64,000 nucleotides of DNA from a bacterium (GTDB taxonomy: Bacteria > Vulcanimicrobiota > JABDET01), in the NCBI GenBank assembly GCA_021800275.1, contig JAJYZB010000003.1, forward strand, positions 680-64,679. The letters are read 5' to 3'. The notes under the pieces were generated by a model. The model made no database searches, was not told the origin of the DNA, and saw only the letters and a program-made list of their open reading frames with translations. The translations under genes were made by a program, and so were the position numbers. Within the stretch, counting starts at the first letter, position 1. Each line of letters begins with the position of its first letter. This document shows, one piece after another, positions 20,987 through 30,369 of this stretch.

Positions 20987-22327
20987 TTATTTCTCTTTTA
21001 GAAGATCTTCGATAAAGGTTACATAAATATCTGCTTTTTGAACAGCATCATGGCGAACCAATCTTCTCTGAAAATCAAGATTTGTGGCAATTCCAGCAAT
21101 TTCAGATTCATCCAGGGCTGATCTCAATTTCCTCAAAGCTTCCTGACGGTTTTTCCCATAAACGATCAATTTTCCAATCATGCTGTCATAAAAAGGAGGG
21201 ATAGAGTCTCCTATGCGCAGATGCGAATCTATTCGAATTCCTGGACCCCCTGCCCAGTGGAGTTTAGTAATCGTGCCTGATGATGGAGCAAAAGTTTGAG
21301 GATCCTCAGCGTTAATGCGACACTCAATAGCATGACCTTGAATCACAACCTGCTCCTGTTTAAAGCCAAGCTTTTCTCCTGAAGCAATTAAAATCTGCTC
21401 TTTAACCAGATCCATTCCGGTTACCATTTCTGTTACCGGATGTTCTACCTGAATTCTGGCATTGACCTCAATCATATAAAAATTTCCATTGGGCTCCATT
21501 AAAAATTCAACTGTTCCTGCGCCTGAATACTGGACAGATTGAGCCATTCGAACTGCCATTTTCTGCATCTTTTCTCGCACGGCATGACTCACGACAGAGG
21601 AGGGAGCTTCTTCCATGACCTTCTGATGTTTTCTCTGAAGAGAGCATTCACGCTCACCGAGCGCTGCGGCATTCCCCAAGCGGTCTCCTAAAATTTGGAC
21701 CTCTATGTGCCGAGGGCGAACCAGATACTTCTCAAGATACACTCGAGAATCTCCAAAAGCAGCTTCTGCTTCACCCTGAGCTAAAGGAAGATTTTTTTCA
21801 AGTTCTTTAGCAGAGAGTGCGGTTCGCATTCCTTTCCCCCCACCCCCTGCGGCCGCCTTGATCATGACTGGAAATTCAATTTTTTTAGCTTCTTTTAATG
21901 CCTGCTCAAGGGTCTCAACCACTTTTGTGCCAGGAATAACTGGAATACCGGATTTCTGAGCAATTTCTCTTGCCCTGGCTTTATCTCCCAATTGACTCAT
22001 AGCTTCTGCCGATGGGCCGATGAAAGTTAGATTGTGACTCTGACAAATTTCCGCGAATTGAGGATTTTCCGAAAGAAACCCATACCCAGGATGTACGGCA
22101 TCAGCTCCTGAAATCAAAGCCGCGCTGACGATATTATGAGCGTTTAAATAGCTTTTAACGGCTGGCGGAGGTCCTATGCAGATAGATTGATCCGCAAGCT
22201 TCACATGCAGAGAATTTCGATCGGCTTCTGAAAAAATGGAAACCGTTGGAATTCCAAGTTCTCTACAAGCGCGAATAATGCGAACTGCGATTTCACCTCG
22301 ATTTGCGATTAAAATTTTACGAAACAT
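20987..22327 (-). CDS. accC: biotin carboxylase (acetyl-CoA carboxylase subunit)
   Basis: MFRKILIANRGEIAVRIIRACRELGI N-terminus, ATP-grasp GGGGKGMR, and colinearity with AccC throughout. Confidence 0.85.
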   Translation of the reverse strand: MFRKILIANRGEIAVRIIRACRELGIPTVSIFSEADRNSLHVKLADQSICIGPPPAVKSYLNAHNIVSAALISGADAVHPGYGFLSENPQFAEICQSHNLTFIGPSAEAMSQLGDKARAREIAQKSGIPVIPGTKVVETLEQALKEAKKIEFPVMIKAAAGGGGKGMRTALSAKELEKNLPLAQGEAEAAFGDSRVYLEKYLVRPRHIEVQILGDRLGNAAALGERECSLQRKHQKVMEEAPSSVVSHAVREKMQKMAVRMAQSVQYSGAGTVEFLMEPNGNFYMIEVNARIQVEHPVTEMVTGMDLVKEQILIASGEKLGFKQEQVVIQGHAIECRINAEDPQTFAPSSGTITKLHWAGGPGIRIDSHLRIGDSIPPFYDSMIGKLIVYGKNRQEALRKLRSALDESEIAGIATNLDFQRRLVRHDAVQKADIYVTFIEDLLKEK

Positions 22328-22747
22328 TCAAAATTCCAAAGTGAACAAAACTTTCCCGAAATCAACCATGTCTCCCTCTGCCGCATGAATTTCAAGAAGT
22401 CTGCCAGATTTTTCAATCTCAAGTGGATAAACAACGTTAATAGAAGTTATAAAACCAAGCTCTTTACCGTCTGAAATAACAGACCCGATTTCAGGCATTT
22501 TATCGGGGAAATGGAAGATTCCCACAACAGAAGATCGAATTTGAAAAGTATGGTCATCATTCTTTTTTTCATTCTCAAGTTCTAGAGACTGCTCCTGATA
22601 CGGAGAAATGGCTCCTTTTTTTCTGCGAAACTTAAACCCAAGTCCTTCTTTTTTCCAACTCAACTCAATCATATCAGAATCTTTAATTTGACTTAATAAT
22701 TCGTTTAATTCTTCTAAAAATTGCGGCATGTTCCAGGCTGAGGACAT
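22328..22747 (-). CDS. biotin carboxyl carrier protein (AccB)-like, lacking the canonical biotinyl-lysine motif
   Basis: Position (stop abuts accC start) and overall BCCP architecture; C-terminal hammerhead aligns with BCCP, but the E-A-M-K-M position reads T-S-I-N-V with no lysine. Confidence 0.6.
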   Translation of the reverse strand: MSSAWNMPQFLEELNELLSQIKDSDMIELSWKKEGLGFKFRRKKGAISPYQEQSLELENEKKNDDHTFQIRSSVVGIFHFPDKMPEIGSVISDGKELGFITSINVVYPLEIEKSGRLLEIHAAEGDMVDFGKVLFTLEF

Positions 22748-22756
22748 AAAGTTATT

Positions 22757-23365
22757 TTATCCTGAATGGAGGGTAATCCCACGATCTCTTGCCAGCTCTG
22801 AGGCTAGAGGAGTGACAATCGTTCCTTTAGGAAGAATTAAAGAGCGAATCCCTTTCTCCAGAAACTTCACCATGTCTTCATAAGTTACTACCTTCTGGAC
22901 GGCTGCTGCTTCCCTGCCAGAATCCTGTATCTCGAATTCAATGCCAAAATTTTTTGTTCTCTCAATCAGTTCAGATAGGGATTGAAAAAGAACTTTGTTC
23001 TTGTTTTTCCAAAAATTTCGCTGATCCCATTTAGGATCCGTAATCTTGACCTTGCAGCCCTCTAACAAAACCTGGCCAACAGCCTCTAAAAAAGGGGTAT
23101 TCCAAATTAAATGGGCCAATTTACTCAGGCTTGCAGCAGACAGATGAATAATTTCAATCCCATCCAATTCCTGAACTTGAAAACTCATTCCGGGTTTCCA
23201 TAAAATCCGATCCGATGGCAGACTGCCAGGAGACCAATTGGGATCATCTGAGAATAGCAAGACTTTACCCTTAAGAGAAATGGGTTCTGGCTGCATTTTA
23301 TTCAGAACCTGAAGGGTAACCTGCTCCACAAGCGAGCGAAGACGATTGGAGTCAGGAAGCTCCAT
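22757..23365 (-). CDS. hypothetical protein with C-terminal EutQ-N-terminal-like motif (putative shell-protein-binding segment)
   Basis: C-terminal VVTYEDMVKFLEKGIRSLILPKGTIVTPLASELARDRGITL resembles the ~40-aa motif at the N-terminus of EutQ-family microcompartment proteins (LITANDI...ASIITPEAREVAELLGF); 6-nt gap to the upstream BMC-H gene. Confidence 0.4.
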   Translation of the reverse strand: MELPDSNRLRSLVEQVTLQVLNKMQPEPISLKGKVLLFSDDPNWSPGSLPSDRILWKPGMSFQVQELDGIEIIHLSAASLSKLAHLIWNTPFLEAVGQVLLEGCKVKITDPKWDQRNFWKNKNKVLFQSLSELIERTKNFGIEFEIQDSGREAAAVQKVVTYEDMVKFLEKGIRSLILPKGTIVTPLASELARDRGITLHSG

Positions 23366-23371
23366 TATTTT

Positions 23372-23683
23372 TTAAGCTTTTGCCTTTTCAAGCCTTTCTT
23401 GTGGAAGACCAATGGGCAAAACTTTGTCCAGATCAGTATGGGGCCTTGGTATCACGTGAACTGCTACCAATTCCCCGATTTTCCGCGCGGCTGCCGCTCC
23501 TGCATCTGTTGCTGCTCGAACTGCTGCCACATCCCCGCGCACAATGGCTGTAACAAGTCCTCCTCCAATTTTCTCATAGGCGGCGAGTTTTACATTAGCC
23601 GCCTTGCACATGGCATCTGAAGCTTCAACCATGGCAACCAATCCTCGCGTTTCGATCATTCCTAAAGCTTCATAAGTGGTCAT
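23372..23683 (-). CDS. bacterial microcompartment shell protein, BMC-H (PduA/EutM type)
   Basis: Near-canonical BMC-H sequence [86 protein letters not shown]; ATG at 23683 with AGGAGG 5 nt upstream (track start at 23734 is a TTG extension). Confidence 0.85.
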   Translation of the reverse strand: MTTYEALGMIETRGLVAMVEASDAMCKAANVKLAAYEKIGGGLVTAIVRGDVAAVRAATDAGAAAARKIGELVAVHVIPRPHTDLDKVLPIGLPQERLEKAKA

Positions 23684-23841
23684 TTTGTCCTCCTTTAAAT
23701 TCGGCTCTTTAAAGAACCTTACATCCTCTTTCAACCGCAGCCGCTTCAGCAGGTTGTCGTTTAAATGATAGCTATTCTCGGCATTTTCGGCAGAACTGCC
23801 TTTTCCTCCTTTATCTTTGCAGCAGGCGTTATTCCCATATT

Positions 23842-24075
23842 ATGCACATAGTCTCTTCAATTCAAGGAAAACTTGACGGCAGAAAATCTTCACTGGATTT
23901 ATTAAAAGCTTCTTTTCCAGCAGGAACTGTCACAGGAGCCCTAAAGGTTCGCGCCATGCAGATCATTCAAGAATTAGAACGCTCTCCACGCGGACCCTAT
24001 AGTGGCTGTGTGGGATACTATAATTTTTCAGGAGATCTGGATACCTGCATTACGATCCGCGCCATTGTAATGTAA
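23842..24075 (+). pseudogene. remnant of anthranilate / aminodeoxychorismate synthase component I (TrpE/PabB) C-terminal region
   Basis: 77-aa ORF ...[53 protein letters not shown] matches the conserved chorismate-binding C-terminal segment of TrpE/PabB (about 450 aa full length); no upstream in-frame continuation. Confidence 0.6.
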
Positions 24076-24223
24076 AGTAAAAAATTTGGCTTCAGGCAGG
24101 AGCATGAATTGTGGCAGATTCTACTCCAGAAATGGAATACAGGGAAACTTTAAATAAAATGGAAGGGATAAAGAAAGCTGTAAAACTGGCTGAAAATGGC
24201 TTGAAGCTTTAAAGGCTGAACTT

Positions 24224-24802
24224 ATGATTATCATGATTGACAACTATGACTCTTTCACCTACAACATTGTTCAGTATTTAGGGGAACTTGGAGGCGAAGT
24301 CCTTGTTTTTCGAAATGATGAAACAACTCCTGAGCAAATAAACCGCTTAAATCCTGAAGGGATCGTGATCTCTCCAGGACCTGGAACTCCTCTTGAAAGT
24401 GGAATCTCCAATGAAGTGATCCGAGAATTTGGAAGTCGAATCCCTGTCCTCGGAGTCTGTCTTGGACACCAGTGTATTGCTCATGTTTTTGGAGGGAAAG
24501 TGGTTGAAGCCCCTCGCCTTATGCACGGAAAATCCTCTCCTATCTATCATGACCAGAAAACAATCTATCAGGGACTCCCCAATCCTTTTGAAGCAGGGAG
24601 ATATCATTCTTTAATTGTTTCAGAGGATTCTCTCCCACCTTCTCTGGAGGTCACAGCCTTTACAAAAGAAGGAGAGATCATGGGAATAAGACACAAAGAA
24701 TTTTCCATTGAAGGAGTACAATTTCACCCTGAAAGCATTTTAACCCGAGAAGGAAAGCTGCTCCTAAAAAACTTTTTAATTTTTACAAACAACTCTCATT
24801 AA
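24224..24802 (+). CDS. glutamine amidotransferase subunit of anthranilate/aminodeoxychorismate synthase (TrpG/PabA)
   Basis: MIIMIDNYDSFTYNIVQYLGELG N-terminus; catalytic Cys in GVCLGHQ; His/Glu in VQFHPES; full length 192 aa. Confidence 0.8.
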   Translation: MIIMIDNYDSFTYNIVQYLGELGGEVLVFRNDETTPEQINRLNPEGIVISPGPGTPLESGISNEVIREFGSRIPVLGVCLGHQCIAHVFGGKVVEAPRLMHGKSSPIYHDQKTIYQGLPNPFEAGRYHSLIVSEDSLPPSLEVTAFTKEGEIMGIRHKEFSIEGVQFHPESILTREGKLLLKNFLIFTNNSH

Positions 24803-24888
24803 AACGTCAGCACGTCTCAAAACCGATGCAAAGGAAATCATATGGCTTCTTTTAAAAAATTTTTAATAAAACTTTAAAAAAAGAAAAC

Positions 24889-25209
24889 TTGAACCTGACA
24901 GAAGCTTTCCAGGCTTTTAAACTGCTCTCTCAGGACCAGGAGCTTCTTTCTTCACAAATTGCTGCATTCTTAACTGCCATCCATCTCCCCGTCGTGGTCG
25001 ATCCAAGTCATGCGGCAGGCCAGAGAGATTTAGTTCCTAGCCTGGCAAAAGGGGGAATAGCAGTAGGGGCAGATGGTTTAATCATAGAAGTTCACCCTGA
25101 ACCAGAAAGAGCTCTGTCAGATGGAGCCCAGTCCCTCACCCCACCCATGTTCAGCCAGTTAATGAAAGAACTTCACTCGGTGGCAGAAGCAGTTGGGAGA
25201 AAACTTTAG
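24889..25209 (+). pseudogene. remnant of DAHP synthase / KDO8P synthase family (C-terminal about 100 aa only)
   Basis: [51 protein letters not shown] matches the C-terminal barrel strands of type I-beta DAHP synthase (LPV.VD.SH..G.RDL....A.A.GADG...EVHP.P..ALSD..Q); the N-terminal two-thirds are absent. Confidence 0.6.
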
Positions 25210-25215
25210 CGGCTT

Positions 25216-25869
25216 TTAGGGTGCACTTTCACTGCCGGTAATGATGCCTTTTTTAATAGCGTATTTAATCAATTCAGAACGATTGTCCAATCCCAGCTTT
25301 TCCATGACGTGGGCTAAATGAGTCTGCACTGTTTTAACAGAAATAAAAAGTTTCTTAGAAATCTCGCGGGTGGAGGCTCCCTCTTTCAGAAGATCAAAAA
25401 TCTCCTGTTCTCTCGAAGTCAATAGATTTTTATCCCGAGATCGAGATTCCACCTGGAAATATTCCTGGATAAGAGTTTGAGTCATGGCTGGGGAAAGATA
25501 AGATTTGCCTTGATAAACTGTTTTAATAGCCAGAAGGAGTTCTGTGCTTGCTGTATCTTTTAAAATATAACCTGAAGCTCCATCTTCCAAAACCTTAAAA
25601 AAATACTCTTGAGAATCATGCTGGGTTAAAATTAAAACTTTAATTTCAGGAAAAAACTGTTTAATGTTTTTTGTTGCTTCCAGACCATTCATCCCAGGCA
25701 TTCCAATATCCATGAGAACCACTTCAGGATTCATTTCTTTAACCATGTCAATCGCTTGTTCCCCATTAGACGCCTCACCAACCACTTGAATCTCGGGATC
25801 CGTTTCCAAAAGCCCTTTAAGCCCCTCGCGCAAGATACGATGATCATCCGCAATCAAAACCCGTATCAT
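25216..25869 (-). CDS. response regulator, NarL/FixJ family (REC + LuxR-type HTH)
   Basis: REC domain with the phospho-acceptor region (LMDIGMPGMNG) and C-terminal LuxR HTH (LTSREQEIFDLLKEGASTREISKKLFISVKTVQTH). Confidence 0.8.
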   Translation of the reverse strand: MIRVLIADDHRILREGLKGLLETDPEIQVVGEASNGEQAIDMVKEMNPEVVLMDIGMPGMNGLEATKNIKQFFPEIKVLILTQHDSQEYFFKVLEDGASGYILKDTASTELLLAIKTVYQGKSYLSPAMTQTLIQEYFQVESRSRDKNLLTSREQEIFDLLKEGASTREISKKLFISVKTVQTHLAHVMEKLGLDNRSELIKYAIKKGIITGSESAP

Positions 25870-26948
25870 GTTAACAGAGCAACCCTTCCAGGCACTGGGA
25901 TAGAAGCCTTAATGTGGCACCCATGACCTGGTGAAGACACAACTTCAAACTTCCCCGACAAAATTTTAACTCTTTCTTGCATTCCTAAAAGACCTATATG
26001 GGCTTTATTCTCTCCGTCAAAACTAGAGTCCTCGTGCAGATTAAATCCAATACCATCATCTCTGATCTCCAGCACGAAAGAACCCTGTGTGGAATAAAAA
26101 CTCAAATTAACATGACGAGCATTTGAATGTTTAACAATATTGGAAATCGCTTCTTGAGCCAATCTAAAAAAAGTTGCTTCAATTTCAGGCGGAAGTCTTT
26201 CGTTCTCAATTTTCCAAGAGAATTTAACTTGAATCCCCTGTTTTTCAAGATGCTGCCGAGCGATCCACAATAAAGCAGCTTTTAATCCCAGATCATCCAG
26301 AACTGAAGGTCTGAGATGATAAGCGAGATTTCTCAGAGAGGCAAGAGCTGTTTCAGAAAGGTCTTTCAAGTTATCCGCTTCCTCTACCATATTCTGACGA
26401 TTTCGATCCGTTTTTGAACACACTGCGCAAGATATTTTAAGTCTCTCCAATCCTATATTAAGCATCACTAAAATCTGATTCGTTTCATCATGCAGTTCTC
26501 TGGAAATTCTCTTTCTCTCTTCTTCCTGTGCAGAGATCACTTGCCCTGCCAGCCACTGAGAATGTTTTCTCTCTTTTTCTAAGGCATCCAGCATTTGATT
26601 AAAAGCCTGCTCAAACTCCTGAATAAAATGGGTCTCTCCTTGGGTTTGTTCAGCTCTTATTTTTAAATCCCCACCAGCCACTCGATTCATAGTTTCAGTC
26701 AATTTCTCAAAGGGACGAAAAGTCACCTGAATCAGAAAATAATTTAACGTAATAAAAATGCCGCCGATCACGATGATGATTATATCTCTATAATCAATTG
26801 GGGTCTTTTCAATATACCGATTAATATGCCAGAGAAAAGCCACGACAAGCCACAAAAAAATAACAACGGCATTAATCATTAAAATTTTATGTCGGACTGT
26901 CGAAAGATGCGTTGTCTTTCCTCGACTGGCACCAGGTGGTTTAGACAT
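25866..26948 (-). CDS. sensor histidine kinase (HisKA_3 / NarX-LiaS type)
   Basis: Two N-terminal TM segments, dimerisation His box ELHDETNQIL, HATPase_c G-boxes (IRDDGIGF, GLLGMQERV); overlaps the response-regulator gene by 4 nt. Confidence 0.8.
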   Translation of the reverse strand: MSKPPGASRGKTTHLSTVRHKILMINAVVIFLWLVVAFLWHINRYIEKTPIDYRDIIIIVIGGIFITLNYFLIQVTFRPFEKLTETMNRVAGGDLKIRAEQTQGETHFIQEFEQAFNQMLDALEKERKHSQWLAGQVISAQEEERKRISRELHDETNQILVMLNIGLERLKISCAVCSKTDRNRQNMVEEADNLKDLSETALASLRNLAYHLRPSVLDDLGLKAALLWIARQHLEKQGIQVKFSWKIENERLPPEIEATFFRLAQEAISNIVKHSNARHVNLSFYSTQGSFVLEIRDDGIGFNLHEDSSFDGENKAHIGLLGMQERVKILSGKFEVVSSPGHGCHIKASIPVPGRVALLT

Positions 26949-27237
26949 CCTTTTCTCACCTCTGCCATTTTATTGGCAAAATTGAAATATGTTTCATCTC
27001 CCTCAGCGTCAACGCTCAGGTGGGAGCTACTTTAATAATACTTCCATTTCACAGGCTAGTCCTTCCAATTCGGTCTGATTTTTACTCAGACATTCTCCTA
27101 TTTTTTATCCTGCAAAAGTTTGCGACTATAACTCATGGATAAATCCTCCTGAATCGGATAGATTTTAGGAAAGAAGTTCTGGTAAAATAAAATCATAAGA
27201 AAATATTTAAAAATAATTTACTAAAGGAGATAAAATC

Positions 27238-27621
27238 ATGTTAAAAACAGAATCTTTTAAAATGACAACAGAACACCTTTGGAGTGGAGCTGCAGTTTTA
27301 ACCATTCATGGAGAAGCAGATATATTAACAACCCCTGATATAGAAAGAGAAATAGAGTGGGTGATCAGTGCTCATGTCAATAATCTTCTGATCAACCTGT
27401 CCCACGCCACATTTCTGGACTGCAACTTTTTATCGGCTTTAATCCGAAAAAAGCGAGCTGTTTCTAAACGAGGCGGAAAATTCGCTTTAATTTTTAACAA
27501 TCCTCAATTTCATAAAATCTTTTACTTAACAGGATTAAACGCAGTCTTCACCCTCTTTGAAACTCAAGAGGCTGCAGTAAATTTCCTTTTGGAAACGAGA
27601 GAACTGGCTGTTGCTGTTTAA
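27238..27621 (+). CDS. STAS-domain protein (anti-sigma factor antagonist-like)
   Basis: Size and pattern of SpoIIAA/RsbV-like STAS domains (alternating hydrophobic beta-strands, conserved region around LDCNFLSALI); RBS AAAGGAGA upstream. Confidence 0.6.
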   Translation: MLKTESFKMTTEHLWSGAAVLTIHGEADILTTPDIEREIEWVISAHVNNLLINLSHATFLDCNFLSALIRKKRAVSKRGGKFALIFNNPQFHKIFYLTGLNAVFTLFETQEAAVNFLLETRELAVAV

Positions 27622-27641
27622 AACAAAAAACGAAAAAAATT

Positions 27642-29090
27642 CTAAACTTTCTCTTTCGCCTTGCCAGGAATTCCAACTTCTGTCATCCCCGGCAGGTCTA
27701 AAATTTCGTCCAATTTCTCTTTAGGAAGAAGTCCTCTCTCCAGAATCAAATCCCGAATTCTTTTTCCTGTTTTTTGAGATTCTTTCGCGATTTCAGCGGC
27801 TTTCAAGTATCCAACATAAGGGTTAAGGGCAGTCACAATCGCCAAAGATTTCTCCGCGTAATCTTCACACTTTTCTTTATCGGCTTGAACTCCTGAAACA
27901 CACTTGTCAGAAAAAGCTTCTAGAGCGTTCCCTAAAATGGAAATGCTGGTTGGAAGCAGATAAGCTAAAAGCGGCATCATCACATTTAGTTCCAACTGAC
28001 CCGCTTGAACCGCAGAAGAAACTCCAGAATCACAGCCCACAACATAAAAGCAGACCATGTTCAACATTTCAGCTAAAACAGGATTCACTTTACCTGGCAT
28101 AATTGAACTACCAGGCTGAACAGCCGGCAGGATTAGTTCTGCCAACCCAGTGTTGGGTCCAGAGGCTAAAAGTCTGAAATCATTCGCAATGCGAATCAGA
28201 TCAAGGGCTAAATTTTTTACGCCCGATGAAATAAAAGCAAACACAGCCATAGACTGCATCGCTTCAAAATAATTTGCTGCAGGTTTAAGAGGAAAGCCTG
28301 TCTGCAGGCTCAGTTGACTCGCGACTTTTTTCCGATAAGAGGGATGGGAATTTAATCCTGTTCCAACTGCAGTGCCGCCTAATCCAATGGCATAAAGATT
28401 CTCAGAAGTTTTTGAAATTCTTTCTTTATGTCTCGTCATATTTGCGGCATAGCCAGAAAACTCTTGTCCCAGCCGAATTGGGGTCGCATCCTGGAGATGA
28501 GTTCTGCCAGATTTTATCACAGGATAAAGTTCACACGATTTTTTTAAAAAAATCTGTTCTAATTTTTCGAGTTTTAACAGAAACTCTTTGATTCCAAATA
28601 AAACAGCCAGACGAATCGCTGTGGGAATCACATCATTTGTGCTCTGTCCCATATTGACATGGTCATTTGGATTAATGAAATCGTAGTCTCCTTTTTTATG
28701 CCCTGAAAGCTCTAGAGCGCGGTTAGCAATCACTTCATTGATATTCATGTTGTGGCTGGTTCCTGCTCCTGCCTGAAAAACATCTACCACAAATTGATCC
28801 ATTAATCTCCCTGAGAGAATTTCATCACACGCTTTTACGATCGCTTCTGCTTTGTCATTAGGAAGAAGTCCTAATTCTTTATGAACTAGAGTTGCGGCTT
28901 TCTTAATTTCAACTGTTCCTCTAATAAAACCGGGATGAGCTTTCCATCCGCTGATCGGAAAATTTTCAACAGCTCTAGCAGTTTGAACCCCATAGTAGAG
29001 TTCATCGTGAAGTTCTTTTGTTCCAAGGGAATCTTTCTCTGTTCTCATAACCCTTAAGCTAGTTTCGCAAAAAGCTGATTTTCCCTCCAT
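27642..29090 (-). CDS. aspartate ammonia-lyase / class II fumarate hydratase family lyase
   Basis: Signature GSSIMPGKVNP and AGQLELNVMMP; N-terminal KDSLGTKELHDELYYGVQTARAVENF; AspA versus FumC not resolvable by eye; start codon uncertain. Confidence 0.8.
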   Translation of the reverse strand: MEGKSAFCETSLRVMRTEKDSLGTKELHDELYYGVQTARAVENFPISGWKAHPGFIRGTVEIKKAATLVHKELGLLPNDKAEAIVKACDEILSGRLMDQFVVDVFQAGAGTSHNMNINEVIANRALELSGHKKGDYDFINPNDHVNMGQSTNDVIPTAIRLAVLFGIKEFLLKLEKLEQIFLKKSCELYPVIKSGRTHLQDATPIRLGQEFSGYAANMTRHKERISKTSENLYAIGLGGTAVGTGLNSHPSYRKKVASQLSLQTGFPLKPAANYFEAMQSMAVFAFISSGVKNLALDLIRIANDFRLLASGPNTGLAELILPAVQPGSSIMPGKVNPVLAEMLNMVCFYVVGCDSGVSSAVQAGQLELNVMMPLLAYLLPTSISILGNALEAFSDKCVSGVQADKEKCEDYAEKSLAIVTALNPYVGYLKAAEIAKESQKTGKRIRDLILERGLLPKEKLDEILDLPGMTEVGIPGKAKEKV

Positions 29091-29197
29091 TCTGCGGGTT
29101 TATTTTTCCAAAACATTTTGAGTTTCCTAATAGAAATAAAGCAGACTCTCATCCAGGAGCTCATGAAATTTATTTTCAATTAATTATAAATAAACAT

Positions 29198-30241
29198 TCA
29201 AATTGTTACTCGTTTTCGCAAATAAACAAAAATAAGCCTGAAGACAGCAGCAGCAGGAATTCCTAACAAAAGTCCCCAAATTCCAAAAAGTTCTCCCCCA
29301 GCGAAAACAACCAGAAGAACCATTAAAGGAGAAATTCCTACATTTTCTCCTAAAACTTTAGGAGAAATCCAATAATCAACAGCCAGTCCAACTCCTGCTA
29401 AAACAGAAAAAACAGAGATTACAGCGGTCCAGCCCCCTGGCTGAAAAAAAGCTAAAATTGGAGCCAGAAGTCTTGGAATCCAGAATCCGATGAACGGAAT
29501 CGGATACATGATTCCTGCTGTTAGAGCGGCTAAAAGAGCATAATGGAAATGAATTCCAAAAAAATTCAAAAATAAGAGACCAGCATAACTAGCGGCAGCG
29601 ACGACCACAGATAGAAGGATATTGCCTCTAATAAACCCTCCAACCACACGTCCAACTTCTCGGGATAAATTTTCAGTGTCTTTTTTCCAATCGCCAGGAA
29701 AAATTTCAAAAAAGTAAGATTTAATATTCTCCAGATCTAAAAGAATATAGAGAGAAACCAGAATCGCTAATAGAAAAATAACAAGTGCGGAAAAAAGTTT
29801 AAAAATTCCACCCACCAGCCCGGCGGCAAAACTGGATAAAACAGGCATGATTTTTTTTGCCGATTTTACAGCTAAATGCCTCAACCTATATTGAACAATT
29901 GGAGAAACGTGAAGGCGCAGATACCAGATCCTGAGCTTTCCAAAAGAACTTTCTATACTTTTCCAATATCCAGGAGCAGAAGTTGTTAAAGATTGGATTT
30001 GAGAAGCAATCGCAGGAGCAATAGAAAGCACAATCAGGCAAAAAATGCCAACCGCAAATAGATAAGCCAGAAAAACTGAAATTCCCCAGGGAAGATTTCT
30101 TTTAAAAAAGGGAACCTTTTTTTGCGACAACCAGTAAGCCGTTGGAGCTAAAAGATAAGCTATTAAACCTGCCAGAGAAAAAATCAAAAGAGTATCCACA
30201 ATACTCCAGGCGATCCAGAGTACTGTAGCAATTAAAACCAC
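29198..30241 (-). CDS. AI-2E family transporter (UPF0118/PerM-like membrane protein)
   Basis: About 8 TM helices with the family-typical central cytoplasmic loop (...FEIFPGDWKKDTENLSREVGRVVGGFIRGN...). Confidence 0.65.
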   Translation of the reverse strand: MVLIATVLWIAWSIVDTLLIFSLAGLIAYLLAPTAYWLSQKKVPFFKRNLPWGISVFLAYLFAVGIFCLIVLSIAPAIASQIQSLTTSAPGYWKSIESSFGKLRIWYLRLHVSPIVQYRLRHLAVKSAKKIMPVLSSFAAGLVGGIFKLFSALVIFLLAILVSLYILLDLENIKSYFFEIFPGDWKKDTENLSREVGRVVGGFIRGNILLSVVVAAASYAGLLFLNFFGIHFHYALLAALTAGIMYPIPFIGFWIPRLLAPILAFFQPGGWTAVISVFSVLAGVGLAVDYWISPKVLGENVGISPLMVLLVVFAGGELFGIWGLLLGIPAAAVFRLIFVYLRKRVTI

Positions 30242-30369
30242 CCAGATTAAAAGTTTAACAGGATCGCGGGAAAGCTGAATCGTTCCTTTCTGATTTTCCT
30301 CTTTAATAAGCCCCTCCCGTCACGGGTTACGATTCCTTCTGCAGCACAGCGGATGCGCCTTAATTAAAA

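Noticed and set aside
30290-30360. GC-rich patch (cccctcccgtcacggg...gcagcacagcggatgcgcc) between the aldehyde dehydrogenase and AI-2E genes as a possible terminator or ncRNA
   Set aside because: Only 4-bp stems can be drawn and no U-run follows; too short and weak to call.
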